NCBI GenBank assembly: GCA_022767485.1
Contig: JALEMY010000089.1
Location: 1-58,112, forward strand
DNA from: Erysipelotrichaceae bacterium
GTDB lineage: Bacteria; Bacillota_I; Bacilli_A; RFN20; CAG-631
Direction of reading: 5' to 3'
DNA: 58,112 nt
A program made the translations under genes and the position numbers. Of the stretch, positions 20,749-31,273 are shown in pieces; the first letter of the stretch is position 1; every line of letters begins with the position of its first letter. The notes beneath the pieces were generated by a model. That model saw only the letters and a list, made by a program, of their open reading frames with translations. It did not search any database and had not been told where the DNA came from.

Positions 20749-22028
20749 TATAATTTCTCCTTTGCAATAACTTTACTAATTATTCTTCCATTGCTCAATT
20801 CAAGATTTAATTCATCATTTAGATTTACATCATCAATACTTTTTATTACTTTTTCATTAATTGTTGCAAAAACATAACCTCTTTTTAAAACTTTTAATGG
20901 GCTAAGTGCATCTAAGGCACCACTGTTTAATGAAAGTTTCTTGTGATTATTTTGAATAATAAGATTTATATTTTTATTTAAATCTTCCTTTAAAGTAGAA
21001 ATATAACTCTTTTCATTATAAGTTAGTTCTTTCATAATCATCATTAAAGAATTTTCTAAATCATCAACTTTAAATCGATATTTTTCATAAATCTTATTAG
21101 GATTTAATAATACATAAGAATTCTTATAATGATCAACACTAACTTTTAAGCTTTTGATAATATTATTTATTGATTCATTTAACTTATCATAATAATTTTT
21201 AATCTGTTTTAAAACATCAATTAAATTAGGAGTGGCTTTTACTGCACCATCAGTTGGCGTAAGGCCTCTTACATCAGCAACATAATCTGATATTGTTACA
21301 TCGATTTCATGGCCTACTGCAGAAATAATTGGGGTCTTACAATTATAAAATGCATAAGCGACATTTTCTTCATTAAAAGGCCATAAATCTTCAATAGAAC
21401 CTCCACCACGACCACAAATAATGACATCGACGCCATATTCATCAGCTAATTTGATATTTTTCACAATATCATTGCTAGCATCGTTTCCTTGAACTAAGCA
21501 TGGAAATATGATAATTTGTGCAAGTGGCCATCTAGATTTTATCGTTTTTTGCATATCTTGTATAGCAGCACCATAAGGTGCTGTAATCAAGCCAATTGAT
21601 TTAGGAAATAATGGAAGAGGTTTTTTATGATCATTTGAAAATAAGCCCTCACTTAATAATTTAGCTTTTAATTGTTCAAATTGAACAAGAAGCATACCTT
21701 TACTATCATAGATTAATTCTTTGGCATTGATAGAATACGTTCCTTTAGCTTCATATACACTAATATTTCCCCGAATTAATACCAAATCACCATCTTTTAA
21801 ATTCACTTTCAATCTCATAGCGTAACTTTTAAACATTACAACATTTACACAAGACTTTTCATCTTTAATTGCAAAATATAATGTTCCTGATTGATGTAAT
21901 TTGAAATTTGATATTTCTCCTTTGACATAAACATCATTAAGAAAATAGTTATTTTCTAAATAAGATTTTATGTAGATATTTAATTCACTGACACTAATAT
22001 ATTCATCACTAAGCATTTTCTTTACCAA
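20748..22028 (-). CDS. xseA: Exodeoxyribonuclease VII large subunit
   Basis: N-terminal OB fold (VKGEISNFK..SGTLYFAIKD) and the GRGGGSIEDLWPFN motif. Confidence 0.95.
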   Translation of the reverse strand: MVKKMLSDEYISVSELNIYIKSYLENNYFLNDVYVKGEISNFKLHQSGTLYFAIKDEKSCVNVVMFKSYAMRLKVNLKDGDLVLIRGNISVYEAKGTYSINAKELIYDSKGMLLVQFEQLKAKLLSEGLFSNDHKKPLPLFPKSIGLITAPYGAAIQDMQKTIKSRWPLAQIIIFPCLVQGNDASNDIVKNIKLADEYGVDVIICGRGGGSIEDLWPFNEENVAYAFYNCKTPIISAVGHEIDVTISDYVADVRGLTPTDGAVKATPNLIDVLKQIKNYYDKLNESINNIIKSLKVSVDHYKNSYVLLNPNKIYEKYRFKVDDLENSLMMIMKELTYNEKSYISTLKEDLNKNINLIIQNNHKKLSLNSGALDALSPLKVLKRGYVFATINEKVIKSIDDVNLNDELNLELSNGRIISKVIAKEKL

Positions 22029-22437
22029 TTCTATCTAATACTTTATTAATATATTTAAAAGATTTATCATCGCAATAACGATGAGCTAAGTCTACTGCGA
22101 CATCAATACAAACTTGAATCGGAGCTCTTTTATTAATCAATTCACTAGAAAACAATAATAATATCGCTTGATCTGTAAGATTAAGACGTGAAAAAGTCCA
22201 ACGATTTAATTTAGTGTTAATCAATTCAATATATTCCTTTCTATTTTTGATTGTTTCAAAAATAATAGCTTTAAAAAATGCATCACAATCGTCAAAGGAA
22301 ACACCCATAATATCACTAACAATTTCTTCAATTGGCTTTTTATAAGATAAATCTTTAGCTTGTTCATAAAATAAAAATTGAAAAATACATAAAAAACCGT
22401 TTTCGTGAATCTTTGTTCTACTTAAAATATCATCCAT
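22009..22437 (-). CDS. nusB: Transcription antitermination factor NusB
   Basis: 142-aa helical protein with the C-terminal motif FKYINKVLD; nusB-xseA synteny. Confidence 0.85.
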   Translation of the reverse strand: MDDILSRTKIHENGFLCIFQFLFYEQAKDLSYKKPIEEIVSDIMGVSFDDCDAFFKAIIFETIKNRKEYIELINTKLNRWTFSRLNLTDQAILLLFSSELINKRAPIQVCIDVAVDLAHRYCDDKSFKYINKVLDRIGKENA

Positions 22438-22448
22438 ATAAACACCTA

Positions 22449-25400
22449 CTATCTAACTATATAATCTTCATATAATGACCAATAAATACTGTCTTTATAA
22501 TAATTGTAAAACGAACTATTAACATTGACAGTAAAACTAGTTGATAAAGTATCGAAAATTTGTAATTCAATTTCGACAAAATTACAAGCACTTAAATCGA
22601 TATTATCTAAATAATAACATGAATCAAATGCACCATCACATAACTTTACTAAAGATGAACTTGCAATTAATTTTTTAATTTTATGATTACCAGAAAAAGC
22701 ACCACCAGCCACACAATAAACATTGCTAGGTAATGTTACAACTTCATCATCACCATTATATTTAATTAATATATTGTCAACGATTACAAATTCATCAGTA
22801 ATAGAATCTAAATATTTAGTAGCAAACAATGCTTTGTCACCGATTTCTTCAAATGTAGTACCAAATTGAATGTTTTCAAGTTTAACACATCCATTAAAAG
22901 CATTATTTCCAATTTTGTTTATAGAAGTTAAGTCTATTGATGTAATTTCTCGACATCCATAGAAAGCATAATCACCAATGCTAACAACACTATGAGGAAT
23001 GATTATTTCATTAACCATACCAAATCCTGAAAAAGCATTATCAGGAATAGAAGTTGAACCATCTGAAATTATAATTTTTTCAAGAGTTGAAGGAACCATT
23101 GTAATTTGCCCACCAAATAATGATACTAGTAAGACATTACTTGGAAGTTCTATTTCTTTAATTTGATTAGCACCATAAATTACTCCCTCACTCATTGTTA
23201 CACCAACTTCAACCATAAATGAGATAAGTTTATTACTATAAGCAAAGCAATATTCATTTAAAACAAGACCTAAATTATTAGGTAAGGTAATTTCTTCAAA
23301 TAGATTATAGGCAAAAGCATATTTGCCAATAGACATCAATTCGGAATTTTCTTCAAAAATAATATTTTTAAAAGAAGGTGTAATGTTCCACATGCTAGGA
23401 TCAATCAGTGGGTTTTCAGCTAAACCATTTTTATAAAAGGCATAGTCTCCAATTACCTTAATATTTTTTGGAATAGTCAAAGATGAAATATTATTTTGAT
23501 AAAAAGCGTATGAAGGAATTGTTTCCATTGTATTGTTAAATGTGACATTTTTCAAAGAATTACAATTTGCAAATGAATATTCACCAATGGATTGTAATTT
23601 ATCACTTGATAAATCAATAGAAGATAAAGCTACACAATTATAAAATGCACGATTACCAATGCTAATGACTTCATCAGATATTGAAATTTTTTCTAATGAT
23701 ATACAATTTTCAAAAGCACTATCACCAATATGTGTCAATAATGATTCGCCACTAAAACGAACTTCTTTTAAATATTTACAATTAGCAAAAGCATTATCAT
23801 CAATTCTTGTCAAATTACCAGGAATAGTAATGATTTTAACACTGCTTCCTTCAAAGGCATTTGGATTGATTCCAATAATAGAATCAGGTAAAGTAATTTC
23901 ATCAGCATTACCAGCATATGAAATTAAAATTCCATTATAAACAATAATACCTGTTTGATTATTATTATAAAAAGCAGTTCCAATAAAGGCATCATTTGAT
24001 ACATCGTTTGCTTCACTGTTTATTGTTTCTAACGATGTTGCATTTAAAAATGCTTTTGATTCTAGTTTTTTAATAAATGGCGATAAATCAATTGAAACTA
24101 AAGAAGAGCAACCTTCAAAAGTATTTGAATGGATTGTAGGGTCCGTAGAATCTTTAAAAGAATTAGGACCAAAATTTATAGTTTGTAAGTCCTTACAGTT
24201 TTTAAAGGCTGTAGATTCAATAACTTTAATACTATTTGGGATGTTTATCGATTTAATAGCAGTATATTCAAAAGCTCTAGAAGCGATAGAATTTAATGAT
24301 GAATTCTCAATATCAATATCTACTTTACTTAAAGATGTACAATTTAAAAAAGTAGAACTATTAATTTGTAAAACATTATTTGGAATGTTAATTTCTAAAA
24401 GTTTGCTTTGAGCATTGAAGGCATTTTCACCTATATAAACAAGTTTTGAATTAGAAGAAATTGTAAATGTTTTTAAACTTTTATTAACACCTGATACTGA
24501 AAAAGCATAAGCACCAATACTAGTAACACTATCTGGTAAAATAAAGCTTTCAAAACTTGGAGAATTTACAAAGCATGAATTACCAATTATTTCAAGAGAG
24601 GAATTATCTATATCTTTAAAAGAAATTGATGATAGTTGATTACAACGTTCAAAAGCATTATCACCAATAACTCTAAGAGAACTTGGAAAAACGATAGAAG
24701 TTAATTTAGTAGCATTTGAGAAAGCTTCATTATTAATCTTTTCTAATCCATCATTTAAATTGATAGTTGTAAAAGTGCTATTTTTAAAAACTCCACTAGC
24801 AATAGACTTAATTGATGAATCTAAAGTGAATGTATCATTATTTTTATCTTGCTCACTTAAGGCATATAAAGAATTAGCTAAAACGATTCTATCAGTGCCA
24901 AAAGAATTGATAAATTTGGTTTTTGAGAATGAATTATTATATAAAGTTAATAATGAAGTACCACTTTCAAAAGTAACTGACTCTAAATTGCTACATGATG
25001 CAAAGGCATTTTCACCAATGTTTTTCAAAGATACAGGAAAAGAAATACTATTTAAAGAAGTTAAAGATTCAAAAGCGGATTTTTCTATAGTGTTAAGTAA
25101 ACTAGCATTTTCAAAATCAACAACTTCAACTTTTAATGACTTAAAGGCTCCTTCGCCTATCGTTTCTAAAGTATTTGGAATGCAAATGGTCTTCTTGCTA
25201 TCTATTTTTTTGCTTTCTTTGCCAAAAAAGGCAAACGATGAACATGATACAAAAGCATTTTTACCAATACTTTTAAGGTTTGATTCTTCATCGACATATA
25301 CATTTTTTAATGAAGAAATATTTTTAAAACATTCATCACCAATTGTTTTAATACTACTTGGTAAATCAATTGAGACAATTGCTGTTTCTGAAAAACATAA

Positions 25401-26393
25401 ATTTGGTAAAGTATCAATAGTCGTATTATTTTCAAAAACGATCGATGTAAAACGAGAACGCAAAAATGCGCTATCACCAATACTTGTTACACTTGCTGGA
25501 ATAACAAATTCTTTATTTGATGTTTGTTGAGATACAAATTTCATCTTAGAAAAAGCGCCTTCACCAATAGTTTCAAGTTGACTATTACTAGCAAATGTAA
25601 TTCCATCAATTCTTGATGATTCAAAAGCGGAAGCGGCAATAGTTTTAACAGTTGAAGGAATAATTATATCAAAGTTATTTTTAAGTAATGAATAAAATGC
25701 TCTTTCACCAATAGTTTCAAGGCCTTCATTTAAAACTAGTTTCTTTAAATATGATTTACTAAAAGCATCATTTCCAACTGTTTTAATACTATCTTGAAGA
25801 GTAACAACGTTTAAATAATTAGTATTTGCAAAAGCATTATCGCCAACACCTGTAATTTCGTATCCATTAAATTCGCCACCAATTGAAATATTTACTACTT
25901 CTTTTTGATCGATTATTGGATTAAAACCATTAACATAACATTGATTTGTGTCTTCTATTATTTCATATGAAAATGTATCTGTTGATGAAGAAATAGAATT
26001 ATCAAAAACGAATGAAGTATAGTTTGATTTAACGCTACCATCTTCATTTATTGCTCTAATACTTATTAAATGTGTTTGGTTATCATCGATATTAATATCG
26101 CTTGTTTTTAATGTGATACTATTAGTAGTAACATTTGAATAAACGATTACTCCATCAATATTAATATCATAGAAACTTGCTCCATTAACTTGATCCCACT
26201 TTAAGGCATATGTTTCCGAATCAAAAGATAAATTCATCGGAGCAAATAATTTGTTAAATTCGTTTTCTATAAGATTTGAACTATCTTGTGTTTCGCTATC
26301 AGAAATTTGAGAAAATTTATCATTGTTGCATGATGTCAAAAAAATCGCTGATATCAACAGTGAAGTAATAGCAGATAAAAATTGTTTTTTCAT
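22449..26393 (-). CDS. Giant surface lipoprotein with an Fn3-like module and dozens of BspA-type leucine-rich repeats (LRR_5 type)
   Basis: Start at ATG 26393 after a GGAGG SD. Signal peptide with lipobox LTSC. The motif W..V.GASFYDI indicates an Fn3-like module. This is followed by a long array of approximately 23-25-aa repeats of the form IP.SV..IG..AF..C..L..I. Confidence 0.85.
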   Translation of the reverse strand: MKKQFLSAITSLLISAIFLTSCNNDKFSQISDSETQDSSNLIENEFNKLFAPMNLSFDSETYALKWDQVNGASFYDINIDGVIVYSNVTTNSITLKTSDINIDDNQTHLISIRAINEDGSVKSNYTSFVFDNSISSSTDTFSYEIIEDTNQCYVNGFNPIIDQKEVVNISIGGEFNGYEITGVGDNAFANTNYLNVVTLQDSIKTVGNDAFSKSYLKKLVLNEGLETIGERAFYSLLKNNFDIIIPSTVKTIAASAFESSRIDGITFASNSQLETIGEGAFSKMKFVSQQTSNKEFVIPASVTSIGDSAFLRSRFTSIVFENNTTIDTLPNLCFSETAIVSIDLPSSIKTIGDECFKNISSLKNVYVDEESNLKSIGKNAFVSCSSFAFFGKESKKIDSKKTICIPNTLETIGEGAFKSLKVEVVDFENASLLNTIEKSAFESLTSLNSISFPVSLKNIGENAFASCSNLESVTFESGTSLLTLYNNSFSKTKFINSFGTDRIVLANSLYALSEQDKNNDTFTLDSSIKSIASGVFKNSTFTTINLNDGLEKINNEAFSNATKLTSIVFPSSLRVIGDNAFERCNQLSSISFKDIDNSSLEIIGNSCFVNSPSFESFILPDSVTSIGAYAFSVSGVNKSLKTFTISSNSKLVYIGENAFNAQSKLLEINIPNNVLQINSSTFLNCTSLSKVDIDIENSSLNSIASRAFEYTAIKSINIPNSIKVIESTAFKNCKDLQTINFGPNSFKDSTDPTIHSNTFEGCSSLVSIDLSPFIKKLESKAFLNATSLETINSEANDVSNDAFIGTAFYNNNQTGIIVYNGILISYAGNADEITLPDSIIGINPNAFEGSSVKIITIPGNLTRIDDNAFANCKYLKEVRFSGESLLTHIGDSAFENCISLEKISISDEVISIGNRAFYNCVALSSIDLSSDKLQSIGEYSFANCNSLKNVTFNNTMETIPSYAFYQNNISSLTIPKNIKVIGDYAFYKNGLAENPLIDPSMWNITPSFKNIIFEENSELMSIGKYAFAYNLFEEITLPNNLGLVLNEYCFAYSNKLISFMVEVGVTMSEGVIYGANQIKEIELPSNVLLVSLFGGQITMVPSTLEKIIISDGSTSIPDNAFSGFGMVNEIIIPHSVVSIGDYAFYGCREITSIDLTSINKIGNNAFNGCVKLENIQFGTTFEEIGDKALFATKYLDSITDEFVIVDNILIKYNGDDEVVTLPSNVYCVAGGAFSGNHKIKKLIASSSLVKLCDGAFDSCYYLDNIDLSACNFVEIELQIFDTLSTSFTVNVNSSFYNYYKDSIYWSLYEDYIVR

Positions 26394-26465
26394 ATTAATT
26401 CCTCCTAAGATAGAACTACCTTTATTATTATATAATAAAATTTGTATTATAACTAGAAAAATAAT

Positions 26466-26489
26466 AAAAAAAAACATAGATGACTATGT
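26466..26489 (-). terminator. Rho-independent terminator after mtnN
   Basis: Minus strand reads ACATAG-TCAT-CTATGT followed by T9. Confidence 0.6.
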
Positions 26490-26510
26490 TTTAATATTAA
26501 ATGACACAAA

Positions 26511-27182
26511 TCATTTATAATTTTTAATTAAATCAAGGGTAATAGTAGCAACTTTATCAATTGCTTTTACCTTATGATCATAGTATTCATCTATGGTAGT
26601 TTTTAAAAATGGATTATCTGTTACACACCTAATAACTAAAAACTTTCTAGCTAATTTCGTTGTAGCATGAGCAATTGCTGCACCCTCCATATCGCAAACT
26701 AAAGCTTTTTTAAAATCGTTTAAAATCTCTTCAAGTTTTTCTTTTTTACTAATAAATTGATCTCCTGAAACTATAAGTCCTTTTCTAACTTCATTTGGTA
26801 ATAATGAAAGAAGTTTTCTAGAACCATTAAAATATATTTTATTATTATCCATTGCACCTTTTTTAAAACCAAAAGGTGTTAAATCAAAATCATGATAAGC
26901 TACTTTACTAGAAGCGATTACATCATAGATGTTAACTGAAGGATTAAGTCCTCCACCAATTCCAGCATTAATAACATATGAAGGTTTAATATACTTTATT
27001 AATAAAGTAGTTAATATTGCGGCATTAACTTTACCTACATCACATTTAGCTAAATATATATCCTTGTCATCAAAAACAGCATGGTGAATTAAAGTTCCAA
27101 CTATTACTTCATTTTGAAAATCAAGTTTATTTAAAAAACCATCTCTTTCACTATCCATCGCAACTATAATTAAAAATTTCAT
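26511..27182 (-). CDS. mtnN: 5'-methylthioadenosine/S-adenosylhomocysteine nucleosidase
   Basis: PNP_UDP fold; motifs NAGIGGGL and VCDMEGAAIAH. Confidence 0.9.
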   Translation of the reverse strand: MKFLIIVAMDSERDGFLNKLDFQNEVIVGTLIHHAVFDDKDIYLAKCDVGKVNAAILTTLLIKYIKPSYVINAGIGGGLNPSVNIYDVIASSKVAYHDFDLTPFGFKKGAMDNNKIYFNGSRKLLSLLPNEVRKGLIVSGDQFISKKEKLEEILNDFKKALVCDMEGAAIAHATTKLARKFLVIRCVTDNPFLKTTIDEYYDHKVKAIDKVATITLDLIKNYK

Positions 27183-27183
27183 A

Positions 27184-27522
27184 TTATCCCACCTTTATTA
27201 TTGGTAAATCAGACCACATTTTTTCAAGGCCATAACGTGTTCTTGCATCTTTAACGAATAAATGAACAATATAATCTGTCCCATCAACTAAAATCCATTC
27301 ACTATTTTCATTTCCTTCAATGTGCTTGACGTTGACATCATTGTCATATAAAACATCACTGACATATTTTGCTATTGCTAGTGCTTGACGATTGGAATCA
27401 ACGCTTGCAATTACATAATAATCAGCTAATGGATTTACATTTGTAACTTGTATATAAACCACATCGTTTGCTTTATTATCAAGCATAACACGAATTACTT
27501 TTTCCAATATTTTATCTTCCAT
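27184..27522 (-). CDS. rsfS: Ribosome silencing factor RsfS (iojap, YqeL)
   Basis: Motifs DYYVIASVDSNRQ and WILVDGTDYIVHLF; follows nadD/yqeK as in B. subtilis. I chose M10 as the start to avoid overlap with the upstream gene. Confidence 0.88.
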   Translation of the reverse strand: MEDKILEKVIRVMLDNKANDVVYIQVTNVNPLADYYVIASVDSNRQALAIAKYVSDVLYDNDVNVKHIEGNENSEWILVDGTDYIVHLFVKDARTRYGLEKMWSDLPIIKVG

Positions 27523-27526
27523 TATT

Positions 27527-28633
27527 TTATTTCCTTTCATAAAACTCAATCATTTCGTTAATTTTAGGATCGACAGGTTTATTTTTTTCTTTTAACATTT
27601 TCACTTGTTCTTTCATAAGTAAAACAAAGCATTTATCAATATCTTCAAAAGCAACTTTCCTAATATCATCTAAAGAAGAAGCAAAAGATCTTTTTTCCTC
27701 TAATTTATCAGCGCAATAAATAATTTTATCAAGCTTTGACATATTTTTAGTTGCTTGCGTGTGATTATATATTGCTTTTAATATTTTTTTATTTTTGATT
27801 CCAAAATCATGATAGGCAATATAAGCTGAAGCATACGCATGATAAGTAAAAGATGGATGTTTTAAATTGTTTTTAAAATATTGTTTTACTATATTTACAA
27901 TATCATCAAACGGTAAACCCTTAGCAATATCGTGTAAAATTCCAGCAACATATGCACTATTAGTATTTACATGATTTGCAATAGCAATTTTTTTTGCAAT
28001 TCTGGCAGTCGATAAAACATGTATGAATCTATCTTCCATAAGACGAGGCATAACTCTTTCTTTTAAATATAGTTGTTTATCCATAATGTATTGTGAAATA
28101 GCTTCATCAACGTTATTAAAAGAGCCAGATCTCACTATTGTTGAAGAAACGTCAACAACAGGTCCATCTATTATTTTAATATTAAATTCTTCACATATTT
28201 TTAAATCTATAATATATCCTGGTCTTTGATAACATACAAAATTAAACAATTTAGTAAGCTTAGATGCATTGTACCAATGTCTTAAATTATTTAATTGATC
28301 GGCTCCAATTAAAAAATAAAATGTAATATTCTTAAATTTTTTTGTAAGTTTTAAAGCTGTATTATAAGTATAGATTAATTCTTTGTTTTTATCTTTTAAT
28401 TCTATATCACAAATTTTAAAATTACTTAAACCATTAATAGCAAGTTTTATCATTTCCACACGATATTTGCCATCTAATAGTAAAGAACCATCGTAATTAT
28501 ATTTACGAGGAACAAGCCATACTTCATCAACCTTTAAAAAGTTAGCAGCATGCAATGCAGCATTTATATGTCCTTGATGTATTGGATTATATGAACCACC
28601 ATATAACAAGACTCTTTTTTTATTTGATTCCAT
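27527..28633 (-). CDS. nadD: Fusion protein: nicotinate-mononucleotide adenylyltransferase NadD plus a YqeK HD-domain hydrolase
   Basis: The N-terminal half carries GGSYNPIHQGH and ISSTIVR-like motifs (NadD). The C-terminal half carries RFIHVLSTA..GILHDIAKG (YqeK HD domain). One continuous 368-aa ORF. Confidence 0.88.
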   Translation of the reverse strand: MESNKKRVLLYGGSYNPIHQGHINAALHAANFLKVDEVWLVPRKYNYDGSLLLDGKYRVEMIKLAINGLSNFKICDIELKDKNKELIYTYNTALKLTKKFKNITFYFLIGADQLNNLRHWYNASKLTKLFNFVCYQRPGYIIDLKICEEFNIKIIDGPVVDVSSTIVRSGSFNNVDEAISQYIMDKQLYLKERVMPRLMEDRFIHVLSTARIAKKIAIANHVNTNSAYVAGILHDIAKGLPFDDIVNIVKQYFKNNLKHPSFTYHAYASAYIAYHDFGIKNKKILKAIYNHTQATKNMSKLDKIIYCADKLEEKRSFASSLDDIRKVAFEDIDKCFVLLMKEQVKMLKEKNKPVDPKINEMIEFYERK

Positions 28634-28913
28634 AACGATTAATATCCTTATTTTTCTTATATATTGTCATTACTCGGCCACAAGTATATATAAGTTCTGC
28701 ATTTATCATTGAACATATTAATTCAGCCATTTCTTTTGTCGATAAACCCACATATGTTTTTAAAATTGAGATCTTAATTAATTCGTGGGTTTTTATTGCA
28801 TCATTTATTGCATCAATAATATTTTCACTTAATCCTTCGTGTCCAATTATTACAATACTTTTCATAGGATTAGCTAAACTTCTAAGTCTATATTTATCTT
28901 TCTTATCTATCAT
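28620..28913 (-). CDS. yhbY: YhbY/YqeI CRM-domain RNA-binding protein
   Basis: 97 aa with the motifs LRSLANPMKSIVIIGHEGLS and HELIKI. Confidence 0.85.
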   Translation of the reverse strand: MIDKKDKYRLRSLANPMKSIVIIGHEGLSENIIDAINDAIKTHELIKISILKTYVGLSTKEMAELICSMINAELIYTCGRVMTIYKKNKDINRYGIK

Positions 28914-30003
28914 TTTTATTACCTCTTATCATCGATTTTCTTGTATATACATTTACACCTTTTAATGTATAAATTTGATATGATCCTTTTGTTAATGCAA
29001 AGAAACATAAGCCTTCGATAACTAAATCAACACTATTATCGCTATCGATATTTATGTTAATTTTTTCTAAATCATTAAATGAAGAAATTTTATCACTTTT
29101 TAATTTTAAAAATTTCATATTGTTATTAAATGTAGAAATCATATTTTCACTTTTACATCTTAATAGTTCCAGTTGATTACTGCCATAAAAAACAACGCTT
29201 GTCTTGCAATTAATATTACAGTTTAAAACCAAAACATTTGAGACTATTAGTGCTTGATTACTATAAAATTGAAAGACACATTGTTTTATTTTTAAATCAT
29301 TTTTCAAATTTTTAATATATTTTGCTTCAATATGATTTAAAAAATTTCCAGGAGATGAAATACCTGGTGAATCAATTAAAAAAGTGTTATCACTCAAAGG
29401 GATTTTAATTAAATCGATCGTTGTTCCAGGGTAGATAGAATCGATAAGATAATTGTTATTCTCATGAGCTACATTTTTTAATAATTGATTTACGAATGTC
29501 GTTTTACCAGCATTTTCAAGCCCTAAAAGATATATATTTAAATCGTTTGCTTGTTCGTCTAAATAAGAAAATATTTCTGAAATATTATCGTTTATTATCC
29601 ACATTTTTTTATAATTAATTTTTTCTTTTTTAAAAGAATCTTTTAAGAACGAATATGCTTTTTCAATTTTAATAAAACGAGAATACAAATCATAACGATT
29701 AGCAACAACATAAACATTGTGATAATCATTTAATACTCTAAGTTTTTTCAATAAAGGAGTTTGAAGTAAAGAAACATCGACAAGTAAAACGATTATATCA
29801 GAAAAACTTGCATTTTCATTTAATTTAATTAATGTTTTATCGATAGTTTTACTTTCTTTAAATTTACCATAATGTTTTAATTGATAACATCTTTTACATA
29901 AAATAAATGAGCGAGATAAAGAGGAAGGATTAACATATCCTTCTTTTTCTTCATCTTCACATTGAAGTTTAATGCCACAACCTATACAAAATAATTCTTC
30001 CAT
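28903..30003 (-). CDS. yqeH: Ribosome biogenesis GTPase YqeH (circularly permuted)
   Basis: N-terminal zinc finger CIGCG...CKRCY. G-motif order NRYD, then GLENAGKTTF, then DSPG. Confidence 0.9.
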   Translation of the reverse strand: MEELFCIGCGIKLQCEDEEKEGYVNPSSLSRSFILCKRCYQLKHYGKFKESKTIDKTLIKLNENASFSDIIVLLVDVSLLQTPLLKKLRVLNDYHNVYVVANRYDLYSRFIKIEKAYSFLKDSFKKEKINYKKMWIINDNISEIFSYLDEQANDLNIYLLGLENAGKTTFVNQLLKNVAHENNNYLIDSIYPGTTIDLIKIPLSDNTFLIDSPGISSPGNFLNHIEAKYIKNLKNDLKIKQCVFQFYSNQALIVSNVLVLNCNINCKTSVVFYGSNQLELLRCKSENMISTFNNNMKFLKLKSDKISSFNDLEKININIDSDNSVDLVIEGLCFFALTKGSYQIYTLKGVNVYTRKSMIRGNKNDR

Positions 30004-30004
30004 A

Positions 30005-30520
30005 TTATAATTCCCTTAATTGTTTATTTTTTATTAATTTTTTACGCAAAATTTTATCGAGAAGTCTAGGAAAAAAAGTAATTGATGCTTCTTTTTTTTC
30101 TAATGGTTCTAACAAAATCGATGTTATATTTAAACGATTAGCAAGTAAAATGTCAGTCATTATTTGATCGCCAATAATTAAACATTCATCTTTATTTATA
30201 TTGTTATCTTTAATGTATGATAACATTTTTTTTGTGTTAGGCTTTTTTGCCTTATAAAGATATAAAACATCTAAATTATCAATGAAATTTTCTACTCTTT
30301 CTTTCTTATTATTAGATAAAACTATCATTGTCATTTGTTTTGCTTTAATTGTTGATAATAAATTAACAACCTTATCATTAAACGAATCATTAAATGGCCC
30401 AACTAAAGTATTATCTAAATCAACAAATATATATTTTTTTTTAAGATTTACAATTTTGTTGAAATCAATTTCATAAATATTTTTAGCGTAATAATCAGGA
30501 ATTATTGGCATTATACTCAT
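30005..30520 (-). CDS. yqeG: YqeG-family HAD phosphatase
   Basis: The motifs FVDLDNTL and IGDQIMTDI; first gene of the yqeG-yqeH operon. Confidence 0.85.
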   Translation of the reverse strand: MSIMPIIPDYYAKNIYEIDFNKIVNLKKKYIFVDLDNTLVGPFNDSFNDKVVNLLSTIKAKQMTMIVLSNNKKERVENFIDNLDVLYLYKAKKPNTKKMLSYIKDNNINKDECLIIGDQIMTDILLANRLNITSILLEPLEKKEASITFFPRLLDKILRKKLIKNKQLREL

Positions 30521-30580
30521 CTCCTTTAAAAGTATATCATAAAAATAAAATAATTAAAATATTATTTTATAGGAGGCTAT

Positions 30581-31273
30581 ATGTTAAATTTTATCATCGA
30601 CATGTTAAAGGAATTATCCTTTTTTGTAGGTTATGTAAAATCTAGTAATTTTAAAGAAATACTTAGTAAAGAGCAAGAAGAAAAATATATTAAAATGTTA
30701 AAAACTAGCGATAATGATTTTGCTAGAGAACAACTTATTACTCATAATTTAAGACTCGTAGCACATATTGCTAAAAAATATGATAATTGTGGAATTTTAA
30801 ATGATGATTTAATAAGTGTTGGTACAATTGGCTTAATCAAAGCCATCGATTCATTTTCTATTGAAAAATCTAAAAAACTATCTTCATATTTATCAAGGTG
30901 CATTGAAAATGAAATATTGATGTATATAAGAAGCAATAAAAATAATATGAACACTATTTTTCTATATGATTCATTAGGTGAAGATGAAGATGGTCAAGAA
31001 ATTAGATATGAAGACATAATCGCTTCAGATAATATAGATATAAATGAAAAAGTCGATAAAGATAATCAAATAAAAAAATTGTTTGTACATTTAAAAAAAT
31101 TAGATGATTTTGAATTAAAAATATTATCATTAAGATATGGATTATACGGTAAAAAAGAGCACACACAAAAAGAAATCGGGAAACTTTTAAATATTTCCCG
31201 ATCATACGTTTCTCGAATTGAAAAGAAAGCATTAAGTAAACTTTTATTTGAATTTTTAAAAAATGAAAATTAA
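30581..31273 (+). CDS. sigK: Sporulation sigma factor SigK (pro-sigma-K), uninterrupted
   Basis: Motifs [11 protein letters not shown] (pro-sequence junction), [25 protein letters not shown] and [14 protein letters not shown] closely follow B. subtilis SigK. GGAGG SD upstream. Confidence 0.88.
   Translation: MLNFIIDMLKELSFFVGYVKSSNFKEILSKEQEEKYIKMLKTSDNDFAREQLITHNLRLVAHIAKKYDNCGILNDDLISVGTIGLIKAIDSFSIEKSKKLSSYLSRCIENEILMYIRSNKNNMNTIFLYDSLGEDEDGQEIRYEDIIASDNIDINEKVDKDNQIKKLFVHLKKLDDFELKILSLRYGLYGKKEHTQKEIGKLLNISRSYVSRIEKKALSKLLFEFLKNEN

Noticed and set aside
26394-26477. N-terminal extensions in the ORF track: 26394-26477 (LRR gene), 35843-35932 (parE), 48817-48861 (mraZ), 3842-3889 (ftsA), 13728-13778, 49202-49216 (rpmF), 41053-41103 (tkt) and 47394-47429.
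   Set aside because: In each case an internal ATG with a clear GGAGG-type SD gives the canonical N-terminus. The extension covers promoter, operator or neighbouring coding sequence.
30581-31273. A possible skin-like intervening element or split in sigK.
   Set aside because: sigK is a single continuous 230-aa ORF covering the pro-sequence and regions 2-4. No recombinase or insertion is nearby.
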